A program made the position numbers and the translations under genes. A stretch of 64,000 bases of DNA, taken from contig JBITNC010000001.1 of the NCBI GenBank assembly GCA_050084985.1, forward strand, positions 158,410,001 through 158,474,000. Direction: 5' to 3'. Under the pieces are notes generated by a model. It saw only the letters and a program-made list of their open reading frames with translations, had not been told where the DNA came from and searched no databases. Positions 26,457-38,640 of the stretch are shown one piece after another. The stretch is from Nageia nagi. Its lineage: Eukaryota > Plantae > Pinophyta. Numbering within the stretch: the first letter of the stretch is position 1; every line of letters begins with the position of its first letter.

Positions 26457-28160
26457 TTTTTTCAAAAGGGAATTATATTTATATTACAGGTGGGACAAAT
26501 AATTAACATAATATGCATACAAACCCTCTGAAGCAATGGCTCAGTAATCAATTATCCTAGAACATTCGTTTTACGACTCTTCTTTTTCTCCTTTCCTACT
26601 ATGCCTACTTCTGCATGTTTTGCTTGTTCCCCATTTGCTTTATGTGCTAGTAGTTCTACTTGTATTTCACGAGTCTCTATATTTTTTGTTAGCGCTATAT
26701 ATTTGGATGTAACTGTATATCCGATCAACATTGTAGAATTCCTTTTCGCTTTATGGTCTGATGCTGCTGCTCGTATATTTAGCGCTGTAGGTTTGATTGA
26801 TAGTACATGTTCTCTTATTGCTGCATTCCCACTTGTTGCTGCTTTTTCAGTTGGTACTGTATGCACTGCTGATGCTGAAGATTTGGTTGGTGCTGCCCGT
26901 CCTTTGGTGTTGCATGTTCTTCTAGCATTGCAAGATCAGTTCCTGTCAGGTTATCCCACTGCATATTCTATTAATGCTTCATGTTCACATTTTGCATGTT
27001 CCCTTGGTGTTGCAACATGTTTTGGCATTGCCTGTACTGTAATTGCTGTAGATTTGGATGGTGCTACTTGCCTTTCTGGCATTGCTACATTCTCTTCTAT
27101 CACAGCAATTTCATTTTGCTTTGGGTGTTCAGCTGATTATGTGCTTTTTCATAACACTGCATTTCCACTTGTTGCTGCATTTTCCACTTGATGCTGGTCC
27201 TTGTTCTGAAGGTTGCTTGGTTGGCATATCTTTAATACTCCCTCCCTTAGTTGGGTTCCTCTATCGGCGAGCTCGTTTGCTTTCTTATTTAGATTCCTGA
27301 GGATGTGTTCAAATTGGACATGGTCAAATTTTAAGCTAATTTACTTCACTTACTGATGTACTCTTTGGAGGCAAATGGATTTTGGTTTGGTTTTGTTGTT
27401 CAGAATGTTAATAAACAGTTGAGAATCCCCCCTCTCAATAAGCTATTTGATTTCCTTCTCTATTTCCAACTCCATTCCTGTCTTAAGGGCATGGAATTCT
27501 GCAAAATTGTTAGAACTTAGTATTATAAGCAGTCAACTGAAATTAAAACCATACCTCCTTGCCTTCTTTGTTGAGGATTGTTTCCCTTGCACTTGAACTG
27601 CTGGGGTTGCTTTTGGAGGCTCCATCAAACTTCAAAAGATGATTGGAGCTGTCTTTTGTAGAGGAAGCGGTTTTGAGACTTTTCTTGGATATTGCATGGG
27701 TAAGCTTTGATGGAATCCCTAACTAGACATTGGATTTTAACCTTGGTTTTATCTATGTAATGACTTATGAGTTTCTTCTTTGAAGATTTTCCTGTTCCTA
27801 CTGTTCCATATTCCCCAGAAAAAGTTTCTGGGAGTAATTTTCTGAAGTTGGAGCATGGATTTATCATTTTTTATTTCTACAGGAAGGGAGGGATTTCTAG
27901 GAGAAATGAACTTAGATGTTGAAGGCAGCATAGGGGCTTCACTCCAGCCAAGAAGACCTTCATGAAGCTTGGTCCATACTGCTTTAGAAAAAAGGATGAC
28001 AATACTAAATGGGTACTTTCTTCCTGGTTGTAGCATAAGGTGCAGATAGATGAGCGGCCAGCAAATCCTCTTTTTTTTTTAAAGATTATCTGGAGTAAGC
28101 TGATGATTGTGGCAAGCAGTCCAGAGAAACTAGTCGACCTTTGGAATTGAATAAGGAATC
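26457..28160 (-). mobile_element. L1 LINE, 3' part (zf-RVT, RNase H, Gln-rich tail, short A tail)
   Basis: IPKVD*FLWTACHN...KRGFAG...CTLCYNQEES.HL, AEFHAL...IEGDS...HILRNLNKKANELAD; putative A-rich end near 26457. Continuous with 34822-37630 once 28161-34821 is removed. Confidence 0.85.
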
Positions 28161-28340
28161 TGTTGTGCCTACACAACACCGCCCCAAATTTTTTTGCATT
28201 TCGAGGACCGTCAGGAAACATAAAAAAAAAAAGATTGCATGAAACCTATCTAAAAGATGCATACCTTTTGGAGTATATTGGGAACATGTTCAGTTTGCAT
28301 TTTCTCAGCAGTAGTGTCATTTTTTATGCACTTTTCTCCT

Positions 28341-29880
28341 TTCGCATGTTTTCCATAGAGTGCTTTTGCACCACCTTTCAGCCATGCGACCATACAGCCT
28401 TGTCTTTGTTGTCTACATTATCTCCCTTTTTTGTATTTCACCCACCTTGCATCTTGTTTGTCATCATGTTGTCAAAAAATGCAGGAAAAGGGCATGTTTT
28501 CAGCCTATCGCATGTTTTCGAGGGAGTCCTTTTTGCACCCCCTGGAGAAGGTGCGACCAGGCTGGGTTGCATCTCATACTTAGCATTTTTTGTCCCACTT
28601 TGATGTCGCATGCATTGGAGTGAGTCCTTTTGCACTCCTCAGGAACCATGCAACCAGGAATTTCAGACTTAGCATCATTTTTGAAGATGTCGCATGCATT
28701 GGAGTGAGTCCTTTTGCACTCCTCAGGAACCATGCGACCAGGAACTTCACGCTTAGCATTGTTTGAAGCCTCAAAAGGCTGTCGCATGCATTTCATCAAG
28801 TCCTTTTGCACTACTCGCAAAGGGTGCGATCAGCTTGAAGAACACTTAGCCAAATTTCGGAGCCTCTAGGCTTGTTGCAAGGATGGAGATGAGTCCTTTT
28901 AACTCATCCAAAACCATGCGACCAGGGAAAACAGAAGGAAATAAGCCAAGTGTTGGACGTTGGTGACAAATGGAAGCCCATGCATTGGACCTCATCCTGC
29001 ACCTATCCCATGGTGACACATGCTCCACCTAGAAGGCTATGAAAGGGAAGTCAACCCCCTTCATTTCAGTTTGCAAAGTTGGAGAGGGCTAGAGCGTGGG
29101 GAGATAGGAGCAAAAACACCCCTTCTTGGACGTTCGACCAAGGACATCCTACACCTTTTTCGAAGTTTTGTTCAAGATTTAGACCTTGGGAAGCGTGCCA
29201 AGAGCTGGGCGCAAGGATTCAAGCATGTGCTCTAAGCACCCATCCAAAAGGATGCGACGAGGGAGTTAAGAGCTCAAGTATGTTGGAAATTGGCTAAGTC
29301 CCCTGGTCCCACTTCCTAGTCGCACCATTCTTATCTGGTCCTTTTGCACCGTCCACCATGCATGCGACCTTGTTTGTAAGCTTTCTATTGGACCTTTTTA
29401 GCAAGTTGGTAAGAGAGTAACACCTGGCCCAAGGGCAAATCTATAAATATCGTCCTCTCCTTGAGCATTTCATACCTCATTTTCATCCCTCTTCTTAGTC
29501 GCATCATTTTCCATACATGCTTAAGCATCCATCCCAAAACATGCGACCAAGGAAGAAACATTAAAAGACATTGCACTCATTTCAAGGCTTGGTCGCATCA
29601 CTTTTCATGCATGCTCAAGCACCCACTTCAGAACGTACGACCAAGAGAGAAGGGACATTTAGGGACGTTGTACATTCAGTTAAGCCTCTTTTGGCTAAGG
29701 CATTTCAAATCCACCCTTGAACCTAGTCGCATTATTTTTCATGCATGCTTGAGGCACTCATTCAAAACCATGTGACCAACTTTGGAGTGAAGAATTTTGT
29801 TCAGGAAATTGACTAAGTGTCCTAGGCTTAATCGCACACTTTCTTGGCTGTGCTTTTGCACTCATTCATAAATGTGCACC
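28341..29880. repeat. Array of 12 spaced tripartite palindromes (49-51 bp each)
   Basis: Units start at 28341, 28507, 28605, 28689, 28781, 28874, 29208, 29319, 29498, 29592, 29726 and 29831; consensus GTCGCA-N13-GT(G/C)CTTWWGCAC-N13-TGCGAC. Confidence 0.9.
29442..29449 (+). promoter_or_regulatory. TATA box inside the solo LTR, upstream of the accessory ORF
   Basis: CTATAAATA followed by CTCATTTTCA, the same context as the TATA at about 18163 in the related LTR. Confidence 0.6.
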
Positions 29881-29930
29881 TAGATTAGTCATACATTTGG
29901 AGTTGAGGAAGGAGTTGGGTAGTGTCCTCC

Positions 29931-32900
29931 ATGGCTTCAAGCACCTAAGTACCCTCTTTGAAGGCCAGGAAGACCCAAAGCTAGCTATTTGAGAGGCATG
30001 TGACTAAAAACCAGATGACTCGACTTTTGAAAGGGAGTTTGATAGAATTTCGGCTGAAGAGCAGACTTGAGCTCCTTGAGGCCAAATTTAAGGGAAAATA
30101 TATCTTTGTTGGTGACACTGATTGGGGTAACTTGGACCCAATTATGACCTTGGCCTTTATAACCTCTATCCGCAAGGAGGACTTGTTTGAGGAACTTATC
30201 CACGTGCAGCTTGTTCAATGCCGCCATGATATCGTTTGCAGTACCTTTTCTTGACTTGTGCAGTGAAGTGGCAAAGAAGTGTGAGTTCAGCAAGAGAGTG
30301 CTACGGGATACAGAGGGCAATGTAATCATGGACTTCACCTCTATTGGTATTGAAGCAGCTTTTGGCTGGAAACTTTATGGGGATGACTATACATTGGTCC
30401 ATTCGGAGGAGTTTCATGACTCCACTTCTCGATCTGGAGACTATGTTAGACCTTGGTTGCTTGAGAATTTCAGAACCTTTAGGGGCAAGTTGATCAGTGC
30501 ACGAAGAGAAGAATTTCTATCGGTTGTGGCAAAATTGATCACCTTATTATCAAGAGTAACTGGTCAAGAGAATGATGCCAAGTACCGGAGGGGGTTCACA
30601 GGTTTTATGGCTGCAATTAGTTTGGGGAGGCCCATTTGGTGGGTAGGGGTTATCAGTGATGCCTTGCGCTACTAGTTGTCCTTTTTCAGCTCCTCGAAGA
30701 GATTTTACATGAATTCTTACCTAGTGTACCTATTACTGCATGATTAGGTTAGATCCAAGGAGCTAGCTAATGAGAGGTACTTGGGGGAGAAGAGTGCTCT
30801 CGTGTGGAGGGCATACCAGAAATGGTGGTGCCAGAATAAATTTGAGTATTTTTATGGAAAAACTTATGCTTGGGAATATGATATCTATAAGGATATCAAG
30901 GGAGAGTTTGTGGTGAAGAGGATTTATGATGCTGCAATCTAGGCTATTCGTGTGCATGCAGACTTTTTTCTGCAAGACGTTGACTTCACCTACATCATAG
31001 TTTATGGCTTGGAGGAGTAGCCCATGCTCCTGCCCAGGTATGTCAGCGACAGGCTGATCCTCATGGAGTTTGCCAGGCAGCTCTTGTACCTAAAGGAGGA
31101 GTTTTGGAAGAAGAAAAATGCCACCACCAACTTGGCTATTTCTATATCTAGATATGTGTGCCAGACTTAGGTGGAGGCAACACACATGCGGGAGGAGCTA
31201 TAGCAGTATAACTTTTTCAGGGAAGTTGCTACTAGGAACTATGATCTCGAGGGGATGATTGCCCATTTCTATGACATTGCTTTTCATTGGCCCATTCCAT
31301 TTCCACACAAGTCTTTGGGAGGTGAAGAAAGGTATAGGAATGTGCAGGACGAAGGGGAAATTGCGTGCATCAAAGCTCATTTGAGTAAAAAGAAGGCTTC
31401 CCTTCAGGCAGAAAAGCCTCCTTAGAGGTCTCAGACTACCAAACCCCGATCTAAGGAGGCCATTTTGAAGATTAAATCTCCTGCCCACACAACATCCTCA
31501 CCAAAAGACAGGCCCTTGCTTTCTACAGGAAAAAGGCAAGAGGCCCCAAGAGAGCCCCTTCCAGGGCCCAACAAGCGTAGTGTGTTGGAAGCTGACCTTA
31601 AAGATGCTGGGTATTATGCTCTTCCTTCAGATGTGTTGGACGATGTGGTAAACACCGCATGTGGTAGTGACTCCCCCACGAAAGCAATTCCTTCTAGATC
31701 GACCCATTCTCCTGGACCAAGAGAGAAAGTTCCCCCTTTACAGTAAAGTTCTAGCAACTCCAAGACCTCTTCCTCTTTTTCCGATGAAGAAGCTGATGAA
31801 AACCTTGACTGTACGGCTAGAGATTTTGTGGAAGAATTAGAGAGCCATAGTCAGAGAGAAGAAGAAGAGGAAGATGATGCCAACGCTGCCCATTCACCTC
31901 AGCAAGAAGACGTAGCCATTGGTGCTTCAGCACCCGATGAGATGGAAGTGGAAACCATCCTGGAAGATGAGATAGTGGATGTAGGCACTTATGATGATGA
32001 CATCTAGATACTTGGCCAAAAGTGCTCTAGAGAGGTGGTTGCATCCAAATCCTCTCTCGTCGAACCCAGAAAAAGTTCTCCCTCACATAAACCCTCTACC
32101 AAGAGGAGTCATGATAAATCTCCCTAGCTTTGAAGTATAGGCATATCTCTATGCAGTAGTGGAGGAGATGAAGAGGACGAAGGAGAGATAGAAGAACAGA
32201 AGAAGAAGAGAAGGTAGGAAGAGCATCAGGGCAAGGAGATGGTGGTAGTTCCAACTACCCTAGCAAAAGAGGCCAAGAAAGTTGATAAAGGAAGATTGCT
32301 GGTTCAAAGGTTTCCCCCTTGACCAACGATCAAACATCTAGATCTTGACCTAGATGCATGCCTTAGAGCCCTCAACATGAGTACGGCTCACGATGAAGAT
32401 ATAGACCAGGACTTGTGGTTTGGGGACGAGGAAGAACTTTTAGATGGGGAGAAAATTTAGAGGGTGGACACTTTTGTCTCCACCTCTTGAAAGGAGATCT
32501 CCATCAGCCATTGCTACTCCAAGGAGAAGCATCCTCAAAGGGCCGAGGACTATGTTATTGAAACTTACAAGATGCCAGTCCAACTGGGGTTAACGGCCAG
32601 GAAACACATTGTTACCCAGAATGTTGCAGTCATGGAACAGGAAGGCTATGAAGCCAAAAGGGAAGTGAAGAAATTAAAGAAGGAACTCACAACCAGTCGG
32701 AAAATCATAAAGGAGTTCCTGAAAATTAGCACCGCTCCCTTACATTTGCAGAAACAAACTTCCTTCCATGAGGGGTGGGAACTCATGGAGCAGCTCAAGA
32801 ACGAGATGATGGAGACCGTCGAGAGATTGTCTTCACGCATTTACAAGCTTCTAGCCGAGGGTGTTGAGATCAGGAATCTCAGAGCTCAGATTACTACTCA

Positions 32901-33480
32901 CCTCCGCCAGTTGGATAGTTACCTACCCAACGCCTCCCACCTGCAATACACGTCGATAACCTCGAGAAATTGGTCTCTAACCATGAGTTCACCTATCACC
33001 ACGATTGGTTGAGCCACGCACTTGAGAAGTGCAATGTTGTCCTCAAAGTAAGGATCCCCTTGTGAAAGGAGGTAGAGGAGCAGATGAGTGAGTATCTTTA
33101 TCAGCTCAAGTTCCAAGGGGAGGATAATAATGTTTGAGAGAAGGAAGCAGTATTGGCAAAGGCCCAAAATCTAATCCAGGAGCATCTTGAGGTCAAGGAT
33201 CTAAACTTGCTGAAGGCAAGACTTCCTATCGTGCATGAGAGGTAGATGGTCATCTGGAGGTACCGGATGCAGGCCAAAATCAAGAAGATTGAGGATTACT
33301 TCCGGCAAAATGATAGTACCATTGGTATGATCTCTAGGGGCGTGCAGTGGCGTTCTTGGAGGAGACCATCGAGTCCTATGGTCTCACCAGCAAGGAGTGT
33401 AATTCCGCCCATACCGAATCAAATTTGGCCTAGATCTGATTCAACTGCAGACTTCCCTTGCGGTACCTTTTTTCATGTTT
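29931..33480 (+). pseudogene. Accessory retrotransposon protein (about 1,150 codons, disrupted): N-terminal globular domain, acidic/basic disordered linker, C-terminal coiled coil
   Basis: Colinear ORF fragments at 30000..30254, 30187..30675 (continuing ...ISDALRY*L...RFYMNSYLVYLL), 31465..31746, an acidic tract with a KKKRR motif at about 31780-32250, and the coiled-coil-like 32572..33012; first ATG at 29931. Confidence 0.75.
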
Positions 33481-34821
33481 AATGCATACAGGTTGCTTGT
33501 CAGACTTTACTTTGATTTGATTGGTGTAGGGATGAGGTTTTGCTCTTGCCAGGTCAAATCTGTCAGACTCATTTATGACTTTGACCAGTGCAAGGATAAG
33601 GTTTGCCTTCCGCTGGTTTTGATGTTAGACCTTTTCAGTCTATTTATTGCATATCTGATTTTTTGTTGGATAGAATAGATGTAGAGTAGATGCATTGCGG
33701 TTGTGGCATTTATATTTTGTCAGCTTTAGATGCCACTTACATAGTTTTGTGGGATGATATCTGATTTTGTATCGGTATGTGTGTTGCGTGTGTGCACACC
33801 ATATCAGATTTGATGCCTTTAGGGCATCATTTCTAGTGGCCAATTTATACCCCATTTGGGCCATTTAGAAAGGGATTTGACATACGGGATTTTTGTATGA
33901 GGAATTTTGACATAAAGAGTTTATGCATATGATCTTTTGTACTATTTTTGCATTGGACTTTTGCACGTAATGAAAGCATCATATATTGGAGTTCTTGCAT
34001 TTTGAGATTGAGGCTATTGAGTTCATTTGTACAATCATTTTGAGCCTTTGCATGTCATAAGATTCACATTCCATTGCATAGAAGATTGCTGCATAAGGGG
34101 TTTTATGCATGTTCTATTATTGAAAATCAATATGAATGTGTTTTTGTTTAAAGGAATAAAATCATAAAGTTATACTGTGAGGAATATCATTTGTGGGATT
34201 ATGCATATTTGAATGGTTGTTTCTATGAATTGCATATTGATTTTGTGAAAGAGTCTGATCCTTCTTTGCATAGTTTGCACGCAAGTGGATATATTCTGAG
34301 GTCTACAACTTGTCTTTATATCATTCGGTTAGTTTACTGTACTTATGCCCTCACTCCATCTTTACCCTTCCCATTGAGTTTTCCATAAAGACCCTATAGC
34401 TTCTTGCTCTCCTTTGGTAGTTATTTGAGCATATTTGCTATTTGCTGCACGGCTTGATAGTGAGTGTATTGACCTTAATGAATCTGAAGACGACCTGCCG
34501 AAACATTGTATCCTTGGTGACGTCTTCATAGGTCTTTTCCTTTCCTCGCATTCCCTTGCATTTATCCTGATGTTTTTCCCTGCATTTGTGATCTTTCTTT
34601 GCTTTTATTCACATTGGCAGTCTTTCCTCATTAAGGAAAGGAATCCCGATGCGAGTTTCCTTTGTATACGGTTAACAACATGCATCTTTGACTCTAAAGC
34701 CATCAAGACCATATTCCATGTGAGCGCTTGGGGTAACCAATCCTTTCAGGTGGGAACAAGTAACGCTGTTTCCTCCAAGTCTTGTGCATGTTTTGGGCGA
34801 GGAAAGAAATACATATCAACG

Positions 34822-37630
34822 AAATCCATGTCAAATTCCAAGTGATGTTACCTACAAGAGTAGAATCCATTTTGGACTTGTATTCCTTCATTACTGTATA
34901 AATTCCATCTCCATTGGAAGATCCCCATATGATTACATCTTTGTTTCCAGCATAAGATGGCAGTCTTTCACTCAATTGAGATTTAACCATCTGCCAATGA
35001 GGCTATAAATGACTAGGAAGATCAAGTTTTCTTTTTTCAACTTCTGATTGTGCATGATGGAATTGAGAGTTTTAAGGTTGTTATCCTTTAGCCACTTTTA
35101 TAGTGGAGTTTCTATTTGCAGTCTTTAATTTCCCAGTATCTTGTGAGAGACGGAAACTTCTCAACCAGAGATGGGGTTCCATGATAGTTCTTCTGCAATT
35201 ATGTGTTTGCCTTTTGAATCCCTTTCCAAATTTAAAATTTCTTTAGAACTTTTGGATTAAAAGAGGTCTCTAAGCCAGTTTTCCTAGTGCAGTATTTGTG
35301 CACCAATTTTAGCACCCCCCATTTAGAGGCTGGGTGATCATTTCCCAAACCAATTTTGCTTTCAAAGCCATACTTTGTTTACTTATTGCTCATAGAAATC
35401 TTGTTATTATTTTCTCCATCTCATTAAGAAAGGAATTTGGTGTATGGATAATAGAACATTGTTAAATAGGTAAAGCACTGATGACAGCTTTGATTAGGGT
35501 CATTCTTCCATGGTGTTTGAGCTGGACATTGGACCATCCTTCAATTCTTTTCTTCTTTTTTTTCAATAATCTCATTACATTGATTACTTTTAATTCTGCT
35601 CAAGTCGATATAAATTCCTGGATATGTGAAAGTGGCATTAGTCTTGCCTTGACAACCCAATATTCACTCTTATCTCTTTGACTTTTCTATTATTTCTGCT
35701 AGAAAAATAGATCATAGACTTGCTGTAGTTTATCCTGATTCCTGTTGCTTTCTGATATGTTCTGAGAACCATTTTGATTCTTATGGCAACCATTTTTGTG
35801 GCTTTACTCAATAGGATTGGATCATTTGCAAACTGGGCATTATTTTATCTTTGAACCTTTTCATGGATGGGAAGTTCTGGTAGCTTTTTAAAGCCTTTTT
35901 GTTGTTCGAGTAGTCTTGGTAAACCTTGTATTACCTGAATGAATTACTATGGGGAAGGGTACAACCTTGTCTAACTTCTCTTGAAGCCTGGAAGTATGAT
36001 GTAGGTCTGCCATTAAGCAGGGGAGCAATCCATGGTCTTGAAATACATGCTGCTATCTATTTTTTAACTGTTCATGGAATGCCACTTTATTTACAATTTT
36101 CAAGATCATGTCATGGTCTATTCTGTCAAAAGCATTTGCCATATCTACTTTGAGGGCCTTATCATTAGGTTTGTCCTCCCTGCTAGGGTGCATTGCTTCT
36201 TGAACTAATATGATTCCTTCATAAATTCTTTAGCCTTTCATGAACCCAGCTTGGTTGAGAGGAATAATTGAATATACCAACAGAAGCATTCTGTTTTTGG
36301 ATATTATTTTGTATGATGTATTGCAAAGCAATATTGGGCTGAATCTTTGGAATTAATGGGCATGTTTTTCTTTAGGAATCAGGCCAAAAAGTTGGAGTTG
36401 ATTTCCTCATCTATTTGCTGTTTCGTTCTGCTTTCTTCAACCATCTCGAGAAGATCCTTCTTGATTATGTGCCAAAAATCAAGTTAAAAAATTACATTGA
36501 ATCTGTCAGGCCCTGGTAATTTATCGTGTTGCATGGAATATACCACTCCTTTGAACTCCTTCATAATGATAGATTGGATCAATTTTTCATTGTCCTCTTG
36601 CCTCAGAGAACTGTGAATTAGATCTAGAAGTGCTCGCTGACTGATTGCTTTAATTTCTCCATCTTTGCCGAACAGATCTTAGAAGTCGATAATCCGTTCT
36701 TTCATTTTTTGTACATTGGTTGATATTGTCCCATCTTCCATTGTTATCGTGTTCATATTTCTGCGCTGTGCTTTCTTATGAAAGAATTTGTGTTTTTGGT
36801 GCCTTGTTTAAGCCATATCATATCATTTAGTTTTGCTTTCAGTATGGAGTAGGATGTATCCTTGGATTTGTTTTTGATCCGTTTTCTGATCTGCTGCTTG
36901 AAAGTTTGTAGCCTTTTTTATCCACTTTTGGGCATAAGTACCATTTTCCCAGCTGTCGTCCCATACTTGCTGAACTAACTCTTTGAAATCAGCCTCCATT
37001 AACCAAACGGAGTTATATTTGAAGGGGATGGCACCCAATTGGCTTGTTGTTCGTATCCCAAAAGTACCGGTTGACTGTCCATTAGATAGTATTTCTTGAG
37101 AGATTTTGTTTCTATGATCTAATAGAATATCATCAACGAGAAATCAGTCCACTCTTTCAGCAAAAACGTTTGAGCATAATCTTTTATGAGCTCAAGTGTA
37201 TTTGCCCCTTGTCAGTTGTACATCCATTAGATTGTGCTGCTGAATAAGGTCTTCTACTAGTTCTCTATTTGGGTCTCTTATGTGACCCCCACCTTTTTTT
37301 ATTCTGTGGGTTTCAAAACTAATTTGAAATCTCCTCCAATTACCCAATTTTCTTGCTTTGAGTTGGAATACACATTAAGGAATGCCCTCCAACACCAGCC
37401 TTTTTTCGCTAGGTTGTTAGGAGCATAGATGTTGGTGGTGGTGTATACTTGAACAGTAGGGGCTTTAAGCACTGTTGTTAGCCGGTGTTTTGTGGCCTCT
37501 ACTGAAATTCACTTCCATTCTGTTTCCCAGGCTGTTACTATTCCTGATCTCCCATGGAAAACCCATTGTTCTGTTTGATTCTTTCCAGATCTAGTTTGGT
37601 TTCTTGGATCAGCAACATATCTGTTATTTT
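34822..37630 (-). mobile_element. L1 LINE, 5' part of ORF2 (endonuclease + RT), decayed
   Basis: DMLLIQETK, NIYAPN, WVIGGDF, PFKYNSVWL, PGPD.F, RPILLCN..YKII, QFAND and IWGSSNGDGIYTV motifs on the minus strand. Confidence 0.85.
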
Positions 37631-38529
37631 CAAGTGATGTGAGATGTGCATGCAAAACACATTGCAGCAAGAAGGATTATGCAAGTTGTCCTTGGGAGCA
37701 AAGTTGATGCCAAAAATGTGGTATGGAGAAATCAGTTGCCTCATTTTGAAATCATTGACACACAATGGTAAAATCAAGGGTGAACTTTTTTGACCGTACT
37801 GTGAAGAAGATGAATTTTTTTTTTGTGGTGGGAATTTGACTTCTATGCACTTGACAGACTCAGTGAATATATGTATCTTCCAGAATAGTTTGTTGATTTT
37901 CATCTATCTGGAAATTAGAGGATTGATGTTCAACGGAATCTGTAATTTGTAAAGAGCTAAGTTGCTGCAATACTTTAGAAAGCCTGAGATGCTTATTTTA
38001 TTACTTTTTTATTATGATATTGTTCTATGCTTTCCTTATTGACTTCTTATTTTGATATTTGCCTTCATGTGTTTCAAGATTTTTATTTGTATCAAAGCCC
38101 GAGTCTTGGCTTGTGGTGAACTTTGGACAAGCTATTATTAAGATTATAGTTCCATTGGATTTTTTAGGAATAATATAAGATGAATAAAGACAACCTATTT
38201 TCCGTATCCATTCTTGATTTGTTTATTCAACTTTTGCTCCTGCTCCTATGTTATTCTACATCTTTTCCTTTTGCTGTTGGTTGAAGTTCTGTATGTGTGG
38301 TACTTTAATTTTCCTCGATACTTTGGTATAATTATGGAATGCTTCTGGAGAATGATTACTTTTCATTGCAATTATGTTAAAGGTGGAGAAAATCATTGTC
38401 TTTGAACTTGTGATAAAGTATGCTAAAATTCTACAAGAAGCTAGCTTTTCTTGTATGATGTGTTGATGTGCATAAATGTAGAATAGAGAAAGGTGCTGAT
38501 GTTAAGTAGTGCTATATCGCTTCAAAATT

Positions 38530-38583
38530 GAAACTAATGCAAAGCACCACTATATTGTTACGAAATTATTTGTAAGAATGCAG
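38530..38583 (+). promoter_or_regulatory. Branch point and 3' splice acceptor of a 5'-UTR intron of mS37
   Basis: AACTAAT at about 38532 and TGCAG|GT at 38579-38585, 57 nt before the ATG; the upstream sequence is U-rich and intron-like. Confidence 0.6.
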
Positions 38584-38640
38584 GTCATTTGACTACAGGG
38601 TATCACTTCTGTAACAGATACAAACAGCATTTTCTGATAC

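Larger units (their letters stand above)
28161..34821 (+). mobile_element. 6.66-kb solo LTR (Athila/OTA-related) containing a long accessory ORF
   Basis: Start TGTTGTGCCTACACAACAC matches the starts of the LTRs at 8401 and 15744. The last ~100 bp (CTTGGGGTAACCAATCCTT...AGTAACGC...GAGGAAAG...CAACG) match their 3' end. TSD GAATC (28156-28160) / AAATC (34822-34826). Excision restores the L1 frame TWNLTWIPYSIPKV. No internal LTR pair, PBS or PPT seen. Confidence 0.82.

Noticed and set aside
26601-27191. 196-aa hydrophobic, Cys/Ala-rich plus-strand ORF that looks like a membrane protein
   Set aside because: Antisense shadow of the CAR-rich L1 tail; no independent gene signals.
28341-29880. CRISPR-like reading of the palindrome array
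   Set aside because: Eukaryotic LTR context, irregular distances between units, variable sequence lies inside each palindrome, and no cas genes.
34671-34686. CAACA at 34676-34680 as the right end of the solo LTR
   Set aside because: No matching TSD; LTR-end homology and L1 frame restoration both place the end at 34821.
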